From the NCBI GenBank assembly GCA_024679065.1, contig JAGIQG010000009.1, forward strand, positions 107,322,001-107,386,000: DNA of 64,000 nucleotides, read 5' to 3'. Numbering within the stretch: position 1 is the first letter of the stretch; each line of letters opens with the position of its first letter. The stretch is from Sphyrna mokarran. Taxonomy: Eukaryota. The notes beneath the pieces are model-generated. The model was not told where the DNA came from. It was given only the letters and a program-made list of their open reading frames with translations, and did no database searches. Shown piece by piece: positions 13,501 through 26,099 of the stretch. Both the position numbers and the translations under genes were made by a program.

Positions 13501-16500
13501 ATAAGGGTGGGTAATATTGCACCGGTATATGTGGAAAATCCCGTGAAACTCAAGCTGTTTAACAGCTTTGGAAAACGAGTGAAGAAAGATTTCCAGGGCG
13601 CCAAATGGTTGAATTAGGAAAAAAAAAACACACTCCCCTAGCCCTACTCCGCTTAATGTTTTGGCAAACACATCTCTCCTTTTAACCTGACGCTAGCATA
13701 CAGTCACACAATCCCTATGGTGTAGAAGGAAGCCATTCGGTCTATCGAGTGTGCACTGACTACAATCACACCCATGTCCTAGTCCCGTAACCCTTTATAT
13801 TTACCCTGTTAATCCCCAGATACTAGGTTTAGCATGGCCGCACAACTTTGGACTGTATTTGGGAGCAAACCAGAGCAGCCGAAGGAAATCAACGCAGACA
13901 CGGGGACACTGTGCAACCTCTAAACAGTCAGTGATCCCAGGTCGAATTGAACCCAGGTCTCTGGTGCTGTGAGGCAGCATTGCTAACCACTGCACCACCG
14001 TGCCGTTCCAGCTATGGGAGCGCGTCACCTAGTTTGGACCATTGACTTTGCCATCACACTTTCGGATCCTGACGTACAGCAATGGATTCCAAACTGGACT
14101 ACTACTGACATGTCCTTTCGCTGTAGTGGTGTTTTTGAACAGAAGAATCTAATTTCTCCATTTCCCTCTCATTCTTTCCCTTCGACTTGTATCTCGATTT
14201 CTTCCTCAATAATTCACGAAAATAAAATATATTTGCACAACCTCCTCCAAGCACATTCATCCACCCCACTCTGAAGGCGTTGTGATATCCCTCTTCCTGT
14301 AGTCCCTGTTCTGGTTTTTCCAGCAGTGCTAGTACACCACTTGTTCTGACCCTCCATACCATTCCACCCTTTGACATTTCTGCCTTCCAGCAGCAACTCT
14401 TTCGTTCTATTTTTAATTTTGTGTAGCTACGTGTGTTCCGCCAAATCTTTTCTCATTCTGCCGTCACACTTCACCCAAGCCCTACAGCAAGAGATTCTAG
14501 ATCTGTTTATTAATTCCTCTGACAACGTTATTTAATCACCAACGCTCTTTCTATACCGGATGCCCTTTGTGCTACCTCCCACAATTTCCAATGCTGGAAA
14601 ATAGACATTGTAACAAGACCCATTAAATTTCCTAAGCGCATCGACTGGACTTACAATGTTGCGCGGGAATGTGAAATGGACAATGACAAAATAGGTCCGC
14701 AATACACATGACAATTATTCTTACTTTCAACGCCTATAGGTTTAGAAACCACCTGAGTACTTTACAGATGAGTATTTTTGCCTGCCCATGTGCCCCTGTG
14801 TTAACGGTGCCTGTTATGGTACAATAAGCTAGGGACTGGAAAGATGGGAATTGCCTGACTGTCATCTACAAATGGTGATCTCTTCAGCGCTATAGTGACC
14901 CAGCGCGGATTTGGATGATTGTTGTACTAATAATCTTCAATGATTTCTTGAAATAGTAGCGTGGTCTCAGGTTAGCTCAATTTTCAGACCTTGTGGCAAA
15001 GCCACATTTGTCAGGGACCTGAATTCGATTCCCTCTTTGGATCACTTGATAGTGCAGAATCCGCACTTTCTCCGGGTGCTCTGTTTTTTTCCCACAGCCT
15101 GAAAGACGTGCTGGTTAGGTCAATGGCCATGCAAAATTCTCCTTCGGTGTACCCAAACAGACGCTGGAATGTGGCGGCTAGAGGATTTTCACAATAACTT
15201 CATTGCAATAATGTAATTAATGTCATCCTACTTGTGACACTAATAAACTTTAAAACCATAATTTCTGGTTCATAATCTTTTAGTTCAAGCATATCTTCAA
15301 GTTAGCCCAAAATGCGTCTCCGCCTATCCCCTGGCACAGAGAAAGGCTGAGTTGTGAATCCTGTTCTTAGCTACAGTTCGCTATCTTCCCCTCTCTTCCC
15401 CGCGCTCCCGCCACCCCCCCCCCCAGCTCTGTTTCAAGGAAGTGATGTTGGTGCAGGTCAGCGTCTGAAAGAGAGGGTGGTGATGTTGGTGGGAGTGAGT
15501 ATGTGGGGGTGAAAGGGATGGCGGTGGTGGGGGAGAGCTGTCGTAGAGAAAGGAGATGCGGGAAAGGTGGGCAAATGAGGGGGGGCAATGGAGGGGCGTG
15601 GTGAGGGTAGGGTGCGGCTGGTAAGCATCTAGAACACAGTTCTTGCTGGAATACTATGAAACTTATTTCTCAAAGTTGTGAGCATTTCTTCTGACTACAA
15701 AAAATGTTATATCTAATCCATAGTTCCATATCGATTGAAACTTTGCGGTTATCTTCTTTATGGTAGGCCTCGTTAATGAAACAGCGAGAGACATAACACC
15801 GATTGTTCTGAGCGTCCTGTCAGTAATGGCTGTCTTCATCGTATTTTTGACAGTTCGCGTGATCAGGGGAAAAGGAGGTTTGTGGTTTCGTTATATTTAA
15901 GCATACTGATCCAAATAGTGCCCTATTATAAAGGTCGAATGGAAGTGCTTCCGAGCCTGCGAGTATTCATTTGGTAACATGTCCAAATGATTATGTTTAA
16001 AGTCATCGAGTCATAGAGGTTTACAGCATGGAAACAGGCCGTTCGGCCCAACTTGTCCATGCTGCTCTTTTGTTTAACCCTGAAGCTAGCCCCAATTGCC
16101 CCCATTGGCCCATATCCCTCTATACCCATCTTACCCATGCTTTTTGAAAAACAAAATCGTACCCGCCTCTCTTACTACCTCTGGCAGCTTGTTCCAGACA
16201 CTTACCACACGCTGTGTGAAACAATTACCCTTCTGGGTCCTTTTGCATCTGTCCCCTCAAACTTCTAGGTTTAGACTCCCCTACCTTTGGGAAAGATATT
16301 GACTATCCAGCTGATCTATGCCGCTCGTTACTTTATAGACCTCTATAAGATCACCGTCAGTCCTTTTCGCTCCAGAGAGAAAAAAAAAATCCCAATCTAT
16401 TCAGCCTCTCTTGATAACACAAACCATCAAGTCCCAGTAGCATCCTCGTAAATCTTTCCTGCACTCTTTCTAATTTAATAATATCATTTATATAACAAGG

Positions 16501-19500
16501 TGACCAGAATTGCAGACAATATTCCAATTGTGGCTTACTAATGTCTTGTACAACTTCAACAAGACGTCCCACTCTTGTATTCAATGTTCTGACCAATGAA
16601 ACTAAACATGCTGAATGCCTTCTTTATCACTCTGTCCACCTGTGACTCCACTTCCAAGGAGCTATGAACCTGTACACCTAGATATCTTTGTTCTGTAATT
16701 CCCCCTAACGCCCTACCACTAACTGAGTAAGCCCTGCTCTCGTTCAACCTACCAAAATGCATCACCTCGCATTTATCTAAATTAAACTCCATCTGCCATT
16801 CGTCAGCCTCTGGTCCAATTGATCAAGATCCCATCGCAATCAGAGATAACTTTCTTTACTGTCCATTATGCTACCAATCTTCTTGTCATCTGCAAACTTA
16901 CTAACCATGCCTCCTAAATTCTCGCCAAATCATTAATATAAATAACAAATAACAGTGGACCCAGCACTAAGCCTTGATGTACACAGCTGGTCGCAGGTCT
17001 CCAATTTGAAAAGCAACTCTCGCTGTCATTAAGCCAATTTTTATCCATTTAGCTATCTCATCTCGGGATCCCACGAAATTTAACCTTATGCAACTTACCA
17101 TGCAACACCTTGTCAAAGGCTTTGTTAATGTCTATATAGACAACAGTAGTTGCACTGCCCTCATCCACCCTTCAAATAAACATTTATGAGACATGAACCG
17201 TGCTGAATGTCCCTAATCAGCCCTTGGGTCTCTAAATGCCTGTGTATCCTGTCTCTCAAAATACCTTCCAATACCTTATAATATGAAAGTCACCGTAGGA
17301 ATGTTTGGATCTTTTCGAGACATGCATCAACAAGGCAGCTGTTTCTGACACAATCTGAGGTTATTTGCGTTCTCGTATCTGCCGTGGTTCAATTGGTAGA
17401 GCCTTCGATTCGAAATCATCAGTTTCAAGTCCGCTCTAGGGCTCGAGCGCACAAACCAAGGCTAACATTTCAGTGCAATATTAAGGGAGGATAGCACTGT
17501 TGGAGGTATTGTCTTTCTGTTGAGACATTGAACAGCCTTGACCGGGCTGGAGGTAAAATAACCTACAACATTATCTCGGAGGCAAGCAGAGGAGTTACAC
17601 TCGGTGCCCGGGCCAGCATTTATCCCTCAATCAACACCATGCAAAAAAAGACTCCGCCAGATTATTTGGTGATTGTTCCTGTGCCGTATGTGGGATCTTG
17701 CTGAGGTAGAATTAACTGCCGCGTTTCCTATATTACAATGCCAAAGTGAGCCATTGGCTATGAAGTTCACTACCAGTGAAAGTAGTTGAGGCAGAAACGT
17801 TATGTGATTTCAAGCAAAAATTGAGACATAGTTCTTGGGGGTAAATGGATTAAGGGATATGATGGTGCGGGGGAAGTGGGTGTGGTGGGTAGGGGAGGGG
17901 GGTTGCATGGCGAGGGCGGTAATAAGCAAGGTGGAATCAAGATTTTGAATTTTGATGATCAGCCATGATCAAATGAATAATGGAGCAGGCTTGAAGGGCC
18001 GTATGTCCTACTTCCCCATCTATTTTCTACGTTTCTATAAATTTGAGACGTCCCCTGGTTGTGTATAGCGCTATATAAATGCAAGTATTTAACTTTCTAT
18101 TCCATGCCTGCAATTAACGCACAATTGAGTTCAATTGTCGTAAGCATTCTGAACCCCAGAACGTCCGCTTTTTGCTGACATCAACCAATTCGGGCTTTCT
18201 TAGAAATATACACCATGGGCCATCTTCTCCCCGTGCCTGCGTGGGTTTTCTCCGGGTGTGCCAGTTTCCTCCCACAGTCCAAAGATGTGCCGGTTAGATT
18301 GATTGGCTATGCTAAATTGCCCCTAGTGCCAGGGGATTTATGGAGTTACGGGAGTGATGCCTGTGGGATTATGGTCGGTACACCCTCGATGGTTCGAACG
18401 GCCTCCTTCTGCATTGATAAAATAAGGATTCTACCTTACGTAATCCATCAGACAGTTTCCCATTTCGACCAGGTTAACTGTTAAGCACCGTCGCAAGCAG
18501 TCACAGTTTGCCTTGACTACGAATTATAATTGCTGGGGAATTAAGACAAATAACGTTTTTGCTTAAAATTTCAAATGGTGATGATGTCACTGAGACGGTG
18601 AATAGGGGGTTGCCATCGAGTTGTAACACTTTTGAATTGACATGATACAGATGCTATCGTTTGAGAGGGGAGAGACAGAGCTGATTTGCCTATTTCCTCC
18701 TTGGTTTGTTGGATAGGATTTAATGGGAACAGATTTCAATTGTTATTCTTGTTTTACAGACGAGATGAGATCCATTCTCATTGCCACGAACCCCAACATA
18801 GAGTATTATTTGACGAACGTTTTTCGATGTTATATGATTCTGTTATATTCTTTCTATTACAGATTCCAGCGGCGTAAAGACAACGACACAAGTAAGGACT
18901 ATCAGACGTTTTACATATCAAACAATAAGTGGTTCAATTTTACGGTTCGAGGAGTTACAAATAATTATCTACTGAGCCATTTGATAAGGCCCTAGTATAG
19001 AGACAATAGAAGATGACTTGCAGCATATCTATGTTATAGATGACAATTTAAGGACCCCATAGCTTATCCAAGGGAAAAATTCATAGAAATCATAACAATC
19101 ATAGAAACCCAGCATTGTAGAACGAGGCCATTCGGCCCATCGAGTCTGCACCGATCAAATCCTGCCAGGGCCCATCCCCATATCCCTACATATCCAGCCG
19201 CATCTCAGGACTCTAAGGGGCAACTTTTTTTTAGCATGGCCAATCAACCTAAGGATACACACCTTTGGATAGCACTGTTGGAGGTGTTGTCTTTCTGTTG
19301 AGACGTTGAACAGCCTTGATCAGGCTGGAGGTAAAATAACCTTCAACATTATCCCGGAGGCAAGAAGGGGAGTTACTCCCGTGATATCTTCTGAAAGGAA
19401 AAGGTGGATTTATCCTTGCAATAATTGGTGAGTGGGTTGATCGCAAAATCACATCCCTGGAAAAATTCATGGTGAGCTGCCTTTTTGAACGGCTGCAGTT

Positions 19501-19996
19501 CCTGAGCTGTAGCTATACCCACAGCGGGGAGGGAATTACAGGATTTTGATCATATGACCGTGAAAGATGCACAAGTTGGGCCAAAAAGCCTGTTTCCGTG
19601 TTGTAAGTCTCTGTGACTGTATGACTCTATAATCGGGGTGTGGGGTTCGTGAATTTTAATCGTGCCGCCAAACCGATTGTCCTTACAACATGAATTGAAT
19701 CAGGCGATAGTGCAGAATCTTGGTTTTAAACTAACGCAATAAATGGCAGAGAACGCAGAGAAAACTCGACATTTTTTTTGGTGACAATGACATTTTAACT
19801 CCTTTAGGTGTTTCCCCGTAATCATGTTGCCGAGGAAGAGTGTACGTATACACTGTTGAGTCTACATCGAGGGAAAAGGACTGACTGGCTAAACAGGAAT
19901 AAAAATCACCTGGAATATGCCTCAGTAAACTTACTCAGCATCAGCAATCCGCCACAAACTTCGGCGACCAGAGCTGGCGTACCCCAGTTCCCATGA
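10459..19996 (+). CDS. Gene A (spliced model): inhibitory-type IgSF receptor with leader, shortened V exon, neutral TM and two ITIM-type motifs. Exons 10459-10516, 13200-13394, 15767-15877, 18863-18891, 19808-19996
   Basis: Canonical GT-AG boundaries with compatible phases (1,1,1,0) give one open frame: MRFTQGIAVSRLIFFALCS-EEFKVKDQVPP...DSGTYYC...TVTIK-CLVNETARDITPIVLSVLSVMAVFIVFLTVRVIRGKG-DSSGVKTTTQ-VFPRNHVAEEECTYTLL...LEYASV...QFP*. The V exon acceptor is weak. Confidence 0.7.
10960..11120. repeat. Inverted-repeat (hairpin) remnant, Penelope-like
   Basis: ggttaaaatccaacaggttcatttggaatcacgagcttt ... aaaactcgtgattccaaataaacctgttggactttaact; hairpins of another family at ~1985-2190 and ~39295-39470. 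Confidence 0.65.
11995..12245 (+). mobile_element. tRNA-derived SINE (HE1/V-SINE type, alternative tail)
   Basis: A/B-box head; tail cagcaacttcattgcagtgtt...tacttgtaactaat. Confidence 0.75.
13200..13394 (+). CDS. Gene A internally deleted Ig V-type exon
   Basis: 195 nt, open phase 1-1 from aaattag|; contains A-strand-like FKVKDQVPPAI, SPF, and E/F-strand KIYGLTERDSGTYYC; strong donor AAAT|gtgagt; B-strand Cys and C-strand Trp are missing. Confidence 0.6.
13700..14005 (-). mobile_element. HE1/V-SINE-type SINE
   Basis: Reverse complement ggcacggtggtgcagtggttagca...gggttcaattc, V-domain core, CR1-like tail. Confidence 0.85.
14990..15250 (+). mobile_element. SINE fragment (alternative tail)
   Basis: B-box gaattcgattccc; tail cctacttgtgacactaataaa. 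Confidence 0.7.
15767..15877 (+). CDS. Gene A stalk and neutral transmembrane exon
   Basis: cttctttatggtag|...GGAG|gtttgt, 111 nt, phase 1-1; LVNETARDITP-IVLSVLSVMAVFIVFLTV-RVIRGKG (uncharged TM, basic stop-transfer, NET sequon). Confidence 0.8.
15998..17275 (-). mobile_element. CR1-type LINE fragment
   Basis: Minus-strand ORFs MEFNLDKCEVMHFG, LEYC.QFWSP, LERVQERFTRML. Confidence 0.9.
17380..17770 (+). mobile_element. Deu-domain SINE (SacSINE1/AmnSINE-like)
   Basis: tRNA-like head, then cagtgcaatattaagggagg..gcactgttggaggt..tgtctttc..tgagacattgaac Deu-like core; other fragments at ~19268, ~20440 (-), ~63220. Confidence 0.7.
18760..18891 (+). CDS. Gene A candidate alternative Arg-containing TM exon
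   Basis: ttcttgttttacag|...ACA A|gtaagg, 132 nt, open phase 1-1: EMRSILIATNPNIEYYLTNVFRCYMILLYSFYYRFQRRKDNDT; loosely resembles gene B TM exon (DPGVEFISTLLRTIIL). Confidence 0.4.
18863..18891 (+). CDS. Gene A cytoplasmic exon 1
   Basis: ttctttctattacag|ATTCC...ACAA|gtaagg, 29 nt, phase 1 to 0 (DSSGVKTTTQ); bridges the TM exon to the ITIM exon frame. Confidence 0.7.
19808..19996 (+). CDS. Gene A terminal cytoplasmic exon with ITIM-like CTYTLL and ITIM LEYASV
   Basis: ttttaactcctttag|GTG, phase 0; VFPRNHVAEEECTYTLLSLHRGKRTDWLNRNKNHLEYASVNLLSISNPPQTSATRAGVPQFP*. Confidence 0.8.
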   Translation: MFPRNHVAEEECTYTLLSLHRGKRTDWLNRNKNHLEYASVNLLSISNPPQTSATRAGVPQFP

Positions 19997-20639
19997 ACCA
20001 AGCAGCCACGATCAGCCTCAAAGCACGTGAAGATCCATTGAGAGTGAAACAGGCCTTGAGTGGTAGGGCAAGGTGGCAGTCTGCAGTCTATACATCACTC
20101 CGCCAACAGTGGACTTCAGTGGAGTTAAAATCGGGTCGGAACATACATCAGTGTCAGCGTGCTGTGGTGTTGCACTGGAGTGTTTTCATTTGATCCGTTG
20201 TGCTCTATTAACGTTGTATCTCTGAAAGTGTGTTCTAGAAAGCATTATAGAATTCTACCCGACCCATGATATTCAAAGCTTTATTTATTATTTTGATGTA
20301 GCGTCTTTGCTTGCTCAAACAGATTTGACTAGCTGAGCAGCCTTTTACTGTGAATACGAGGTGCTCGGGACAGCACAATAGCACGGAGAATAGCACTGCT
20401 GCCTCACGGCGCCAGCGACCAGTGTTCATTGCCGCCCTTGTTCAACGTCTCACGGGAAAGACAACATCTCAAACTGTGCACATCTCTCTCCTTCAGTACT
20501 TCACTGAAAGTTCAGCATTTATTTGTGCGCTCAAGTACTGAGGCGGACTTGAACCCAGCGGTTTCAACTCGAGTGCGGTACCAATTGAAGCACGCCTCAT
20601 AGAAACATACAAATAACCTCCGATTGTGTTAAGAATTCT

Positions 20640-21840
20640 AGTTTCTAGTTCTAGTTTCTAGGAGTGGAAACAACTTTCCTGCTTCTATCTTATCTATTCC
20701 CTTCGTAATCTTATGTTTCTATAAAATCTTCCCTCATTCGCCTGAATTCCAATGAATATAACCCTAGTCTACTCAGTCTCTCCTCATGAGGCAAATTTCT
20801 CAATTCCGAAATCGACCTAGAGGATCTTCTTTGCATCCTCTCCAGTGTCAGTATATCCTTTCTCAAGTGAGACCAAACTGTACACTACACTCCAGGTGTC
20901 GCCTCACCAGCAACTTGTACAGCTGCAAGATAACCGCACTGTCTTTAAACCCCATCCCTCAAGCAATGAAGGACAACATTGAATTTGCCTTCTTAATTAC
21001 CTGCTGCACCTGCAAATCAACTCCTTCTGATTCTTGCATCAGAACGCCCAGGTTCCTTTGCACAGCAGCATGCTGCATTTTTTTTTACAATTTAAATAAT
21101 AGTCTATTTTGCTGTTACTCCTACCAAAATGGGATGACCTCATATTTACCAACATTGTATTTCATCTGCCAGATCCTTGCCCACTCATTTAGACTACCGA
21201 CATCGCTTTGCAGACTTTCAGCTTTCTCTGCACCCTTTGTTTTGAAACCCATCTTAGTATCATCTGCGAATTTTGACACACTACACTTGGTCCCCAACTC
21301 CTAACGTAAATCGTAAACAACTGCAGTCCCAATACTGATCCCTGATGCACACCACTAGTCACTGATCGCCAACCAGAAAAATACTCATTCTTTGCTTTCT
21401 ATAAGTTAGCCAATCCTCTATCCATGCTTATACGTTACCGGTAACACAGTGATCTTTATCTTATGCAGCATCCTTTGGTACGACAACCTTGTCGAACGCT
21501 TTCTGGAAATCCAGACATGCCACATCCACATGTTACCCATTGTCCACTGCACATATAATGTTCACAAAGAATTCTATCAAGTTAGTCAAACATAACCTCC
21601 CCTTCATGAACCCAATGCGTCTTCCCAATGTGACAGTTTATATCCAAATGTCGCGCTATTACTTCCTTGATGGTTGATTCAAGCATTTTCCCTTCTACGG
21701 AAGTTAAGCTAACGGGCCTATGATTACCCGCCTTTTGTCTATCTCATTTTTTTAAAACAGTGACATCATATTTGTTCTTTTCCAATCTGCGAGAATCACC
21801 TCAGAGTCCAAAGAATTTTGGTAAATTACTACTAGTGCAT
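20640..21840 (-). mobile_element. CR1-type LINE RT fragment
   Basis: Reverse complement encodes decayed RT motifs (LDFQKAFDKV, GVHQGSVLG, KFADDTK). Confidence 0.85.
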
Positions 21841-22586
21841 TTGTAATATCTAATGGTGTCTGTATACATGTGTATACACCAGGTAAGGATATAATCTTCC
21901 TTCTCTAAAGATATTTGTGATGGGTCTTTACAATAACCTGTTCCTGGTGATCATTAGATCTTTTATTCCAGATTTCACCACCTACTACAGTGGGATTTCA
22001 ACCAATATCTCCAGCGCATTACCCTGGGTCTCTGGATTACTAAGCCCAGTGACAATACCCACTGTGCGACTGCCACCCCGCCAGAATTAATTAAAGCTGC
22101 ATATTGCTACCGAGGATTTATTTTTTCAAAGGTACCGCATTAACAAATGGCTCTCGCTGACAAGGTGCTGATGAGGTCACATCTGGAGTACTGTGTACAT
22201 TTGGTCTACTTAATTGAAAAAGGATGTACTGCATTGGAGGGAGTGCAAAGAAGACTCACTATCCTCACTAATTGTAGTCGCTTATTTAATAAAAGCTCGG
22301 CTTTTAATATATTGTGTTCCCGGCTGAAGGAGAGTTTCTTTTCCGAATAATCTTATCTTTATGGTAAGTCCACAGATGAAGCACTTCTAAGAAGGAATGG
22401 AATCGCATATTGTCGTGTTAGAATTTTATATTCAATCTATTCAGGTTAAATGTAAAATTTCGCAGACAGTAGCATACCATTTTATCATTAATGGGCTGAT
22501 ACTTACCGAACTACTAAAGGCGGCTCATTGAAACCTCAGACGATAATCGCTGCATTGTTTAATAGCTCGGGAAAATATGTACTCAG

Positions 22587-22643
22587 TAGTACATAAAGCG
22601 AAGAAAATCAGTCGATGACAGCAATTAGCTGCACGAATCGCAT
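22587..22643 (-). pseudogene. Dead duplicate of gene A leader exon
   Basis: ATGCGATTCGTGCAGCTAATTGCTGTCATCGACTGA...: 1-nt deletion giving an early TGA, donor changed gt to ct (ctgagt); no V exon found downstream. Confidence 0.8.
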
Positions 22644-25600
22644 CTTCACTGCATACACGCTGATGATCTGTAGGATGAGGTGCATTCACACCAGATGAAC
22701 AGTCTCAGTAGAATAAATAGGCGAGAATTGAACAATTTGAGCCTTGTCTGTTTGGAGGCATAGACCTCCTGTTATTGTTCGATGCAAAGTGAAAGGACCC
22801 GACCTCAAGAGTGCTCAGAATGGAAATCAATTCCTCTCTCCACGTGCTGTTTATATAAGAACTGAAAAAGTAGACTGGAGGGTGAGGAAGTGGAAGCTAC
22901 AATGCGAATGGTGCTCTTATTTATATAAATGTGCGTGTTTGATGTTCGACAATGACAATATGAGCAATGACTTGAGCTCTTCCATGTATGTGGGCGGAAA
23001 ACTACATGGCGGGTGGGTGTTAGGAGCTCAGTGAGTCAACAAAGAAAAAAAAACAACTCGATCAAATGTCCATTCTGCATCTAAGCTGTTAATGGAAAAC
23101 ATGTCTTTAATAGAACCTTCAGACAGGACACCTCATTAACTCCGCCAACATCCCATCTGACGTAAATTCAACCGCATATGCGAGAAGTATTGAAGCAAAG
23201 CTTTTTAAAGGTTATTTATTTAGCACCATTTGCGTTTGTTTTCCTTTACTGATTGACGCATGTTTCTATCTTAAGAGATATCTACTTTATAGAACAATTT
23301 CATGCACACCGTATTAACCTTGGTTTAAAAAATCCCACTTTATCAGCGACGACAGTTGAACTTATGCAAATGAACTTTCACCCGGTTTTGCAACTTACGT
23401 TGCGCCCTATAGTAATTGCCCCGCTATATTGGTATTTGATTAACAGAAAACCATGCTAGTTCCTCCTGCATGTGAAAACCAGAAAACAATGAGTCTAATT
23501 ATGTCATTTGGTGACGGGAAATAATAGTCTGATTACGGTTATTATTTTTTCATAGATTGTGATCCTCTCCGGCTAGACCAGCACTTATTACCCACGCCAA
23601 TTACCCTTTAGGAAGTGACGGCTTGCCCTGTTCTTCAACCGCTGTAGTTCATCTAATGTCTGTACACCTGCAGTGATGCTAATAAGGGATGTCCAGGATT
23701 TGGCCTCACCACCTTAAAAAGGACCGGAATGCGTGTGGTTTGAAATGAAACCGTACTGGAGGCAGTTGCCTTGCCCTAATTACAGACGTAGTCTTGGCGT
23801 GTACTGTTAATAAATAGTGTAAATAGACTCATAGTAAGTTTATGGCATACAGGGAGGTCACTTAGCCCACAGTATCTGCAGTGGCCGAAAGGCGAGCTTC
23901 AGAGCCTAATTCCACTTCACAACATTTGTTTTGTCGCTCTGCAGGTTACGGTACTTCGGATGCACACCCAAGAAAAGGCGATAGCCGAATGATATTATCG
24001 CCGGGCTATTAATCCAAGAACTCAGCTCATGTCTTCGAAATCTAGATTCGAATCCCACTGCAGCAGGTAGTGGAATTTGAAATCAGTAAAAATATAACTA
24101 GAATTAAGAATCTACTGATGACCTTGAAACCATTGAAGATTGTCTGAAAACCACGTCTGATTCACTAATGTCCTTAAGGAAAGTAAATCTAGCGTCCTTA
24201 CCTGGTCTGGCCTACAGGTAACTCCAGAGCCATAGCAATATCGTTGACTCTCAACTACCCTAGGCAAGTAGGGTTGGACAATTAATGGTGGCCAGTTAGC
24301 GACGCCCATGTCCCACAAATAAATAAAAAAAACCCAGACATCTTTTGAATGATTTGACGGTTCCTACCTCTGTAACCCTTTCAGGCAATGCGTTTCATGT
24401 TCCACACCCCTGATCCAGCTCCACACACCGCAATCCTCTGGGTGAGAAGATTTTTCCTCATGTCCCCTCTAGTCATCAGTTTATCTCAATGCCAGTTTAT
24501 CAATGACCTCTGTGCCGAGGCAACAAGATCATACCCATATTCTCTAACATGTCTCATAATTTGAAATATCTCAATAAAATCTGACCTCAGCCTCGACTGT
24601 TCCAATAGGAATATTCCCAGTCTAAGGCACCTATCTCACTACTAACAACTTGGACTTGTGCAGTTATGAAGAGAGGCTAGTTAGGCTGGAGTTGTTCTGC
24701 TGAGGGCAGAGAAGGCTAAGGGAGGACCTAATAGCGGAGTACAAAATTATGAAGGGCATAGTTGTGGTACATAGAAGGAAAACTTCCCCTGCCCCCACCC
24801 CTTAATAGCACGAACAATTACCAGGAGGCATAGATTTAAAGTAAGGAGTAGGCAAGAAATCTACCGCCTCGCCCTGCACGGAATCGGCACGAGGACCCGT
24901 CTGGGAAAGGAAATTTCCATTGACCTCTGGTGAACATTTCTAGTCTCGCCCGAGCGAGCCATAACATCCCGCCTATTATATGATTTGCTGTCTCTAAAAT
25001 TGGGAGAACTGTCTCATGACTAGTTAAACGAAAGCCTGACATAGCCTGACTTCCGCATCTCTAGTAGAAGGGCAGGCGCAGCAAAGGTGATGACATAATG
25101 GCATACATTCGGAAGAGAGTTGCCCTGGGAGTCAACATTGTCTCTGGACCCCATGAAGTCTCAGGATATTAAGACAACGATGGGCAAGGAAACCTCCTGC
25201 TATTTACCATCTTACTTAAAGTCAAGCCAGTTATGTATCGTTCTCCTACTCTGGTTAATTGCTGAAAGCTGGTACTTGTCGCTGCGGGCAATTCTGAAAA
25301 TTAGTTGCTTAATTGTACACCCTCTTACAGAACATGAAATGGCAGAACAGCAAGCCCCTAGGCTCTAGTACTTCTTAGTTTCCAATGTTTGTACAACTCT
25401 TTGAGTTGTATTTGCATGAAATTTCCAACTTCTTTTTTTAGGTATCTCTGAAATTGCTCCTGGACTCTTCATGGACAACGCCTAGCTTGATGTTGATGAC
25501 ATCCCGAGGGCTGCGAAGTTACAGGTTATGGATGAGTACAATCCTTGTGCTCACGATAGCTCACAAGCTTTCCGATACCCAGTTTTGAGTTACGAAATCT

Positions 25601-26099
25601 GTTCTGACACTACACTATCTAGCACGATGGTTTGTATCTTCACTGTGAAGTTGGAGCTTTACCTCTATAATCACAGTGCCATTGTCACTCTATCCACGAC
25701 TGTCATTTGGATCTAATGGCCAACGACTTCTAGATTTTTGCCTTCTTTTTCTTTCCCACACCAAATGCTGCTGTCCCAGACTGCAGAGATATTCTTCATG
25801 ACTTCAACAGCTTGGTCACGAGCAGTGGTATTGAATCACTTTTGATGATGAACACTGAAGGTCTCCATCCAAAGTAAATTCTGTTCCATTGCTATCAACG
25901 ATGTTTCTACCAAGTGGTACTCAACACAGCCGGGTACTGAATCAGCAAGAGACTGAGAGTGATTGGCAGTGATCAGCCAATCACATTGCCATGTTTAACC
26001 AGGTACCAGGTTCCTACGTACCAGGAGATTTCTGGTGTCAATGCTGAAGACTCCACTGGCAACACGTTATCTCTATCTGTCATTACCTAGAACATTGTA

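Noticed and set aside
17380-17440. tRNA-like sequence
   Set aside because: Degenerate head of a Deu-domain SINE with no intact cloverleaf; the same applies to the HE1-type SINE heads.
20786-21304. Longest ORF in the track (172 aa, +)
   Set aside because: Antisense reading of a CR1 reverse-transcriptase fragment.
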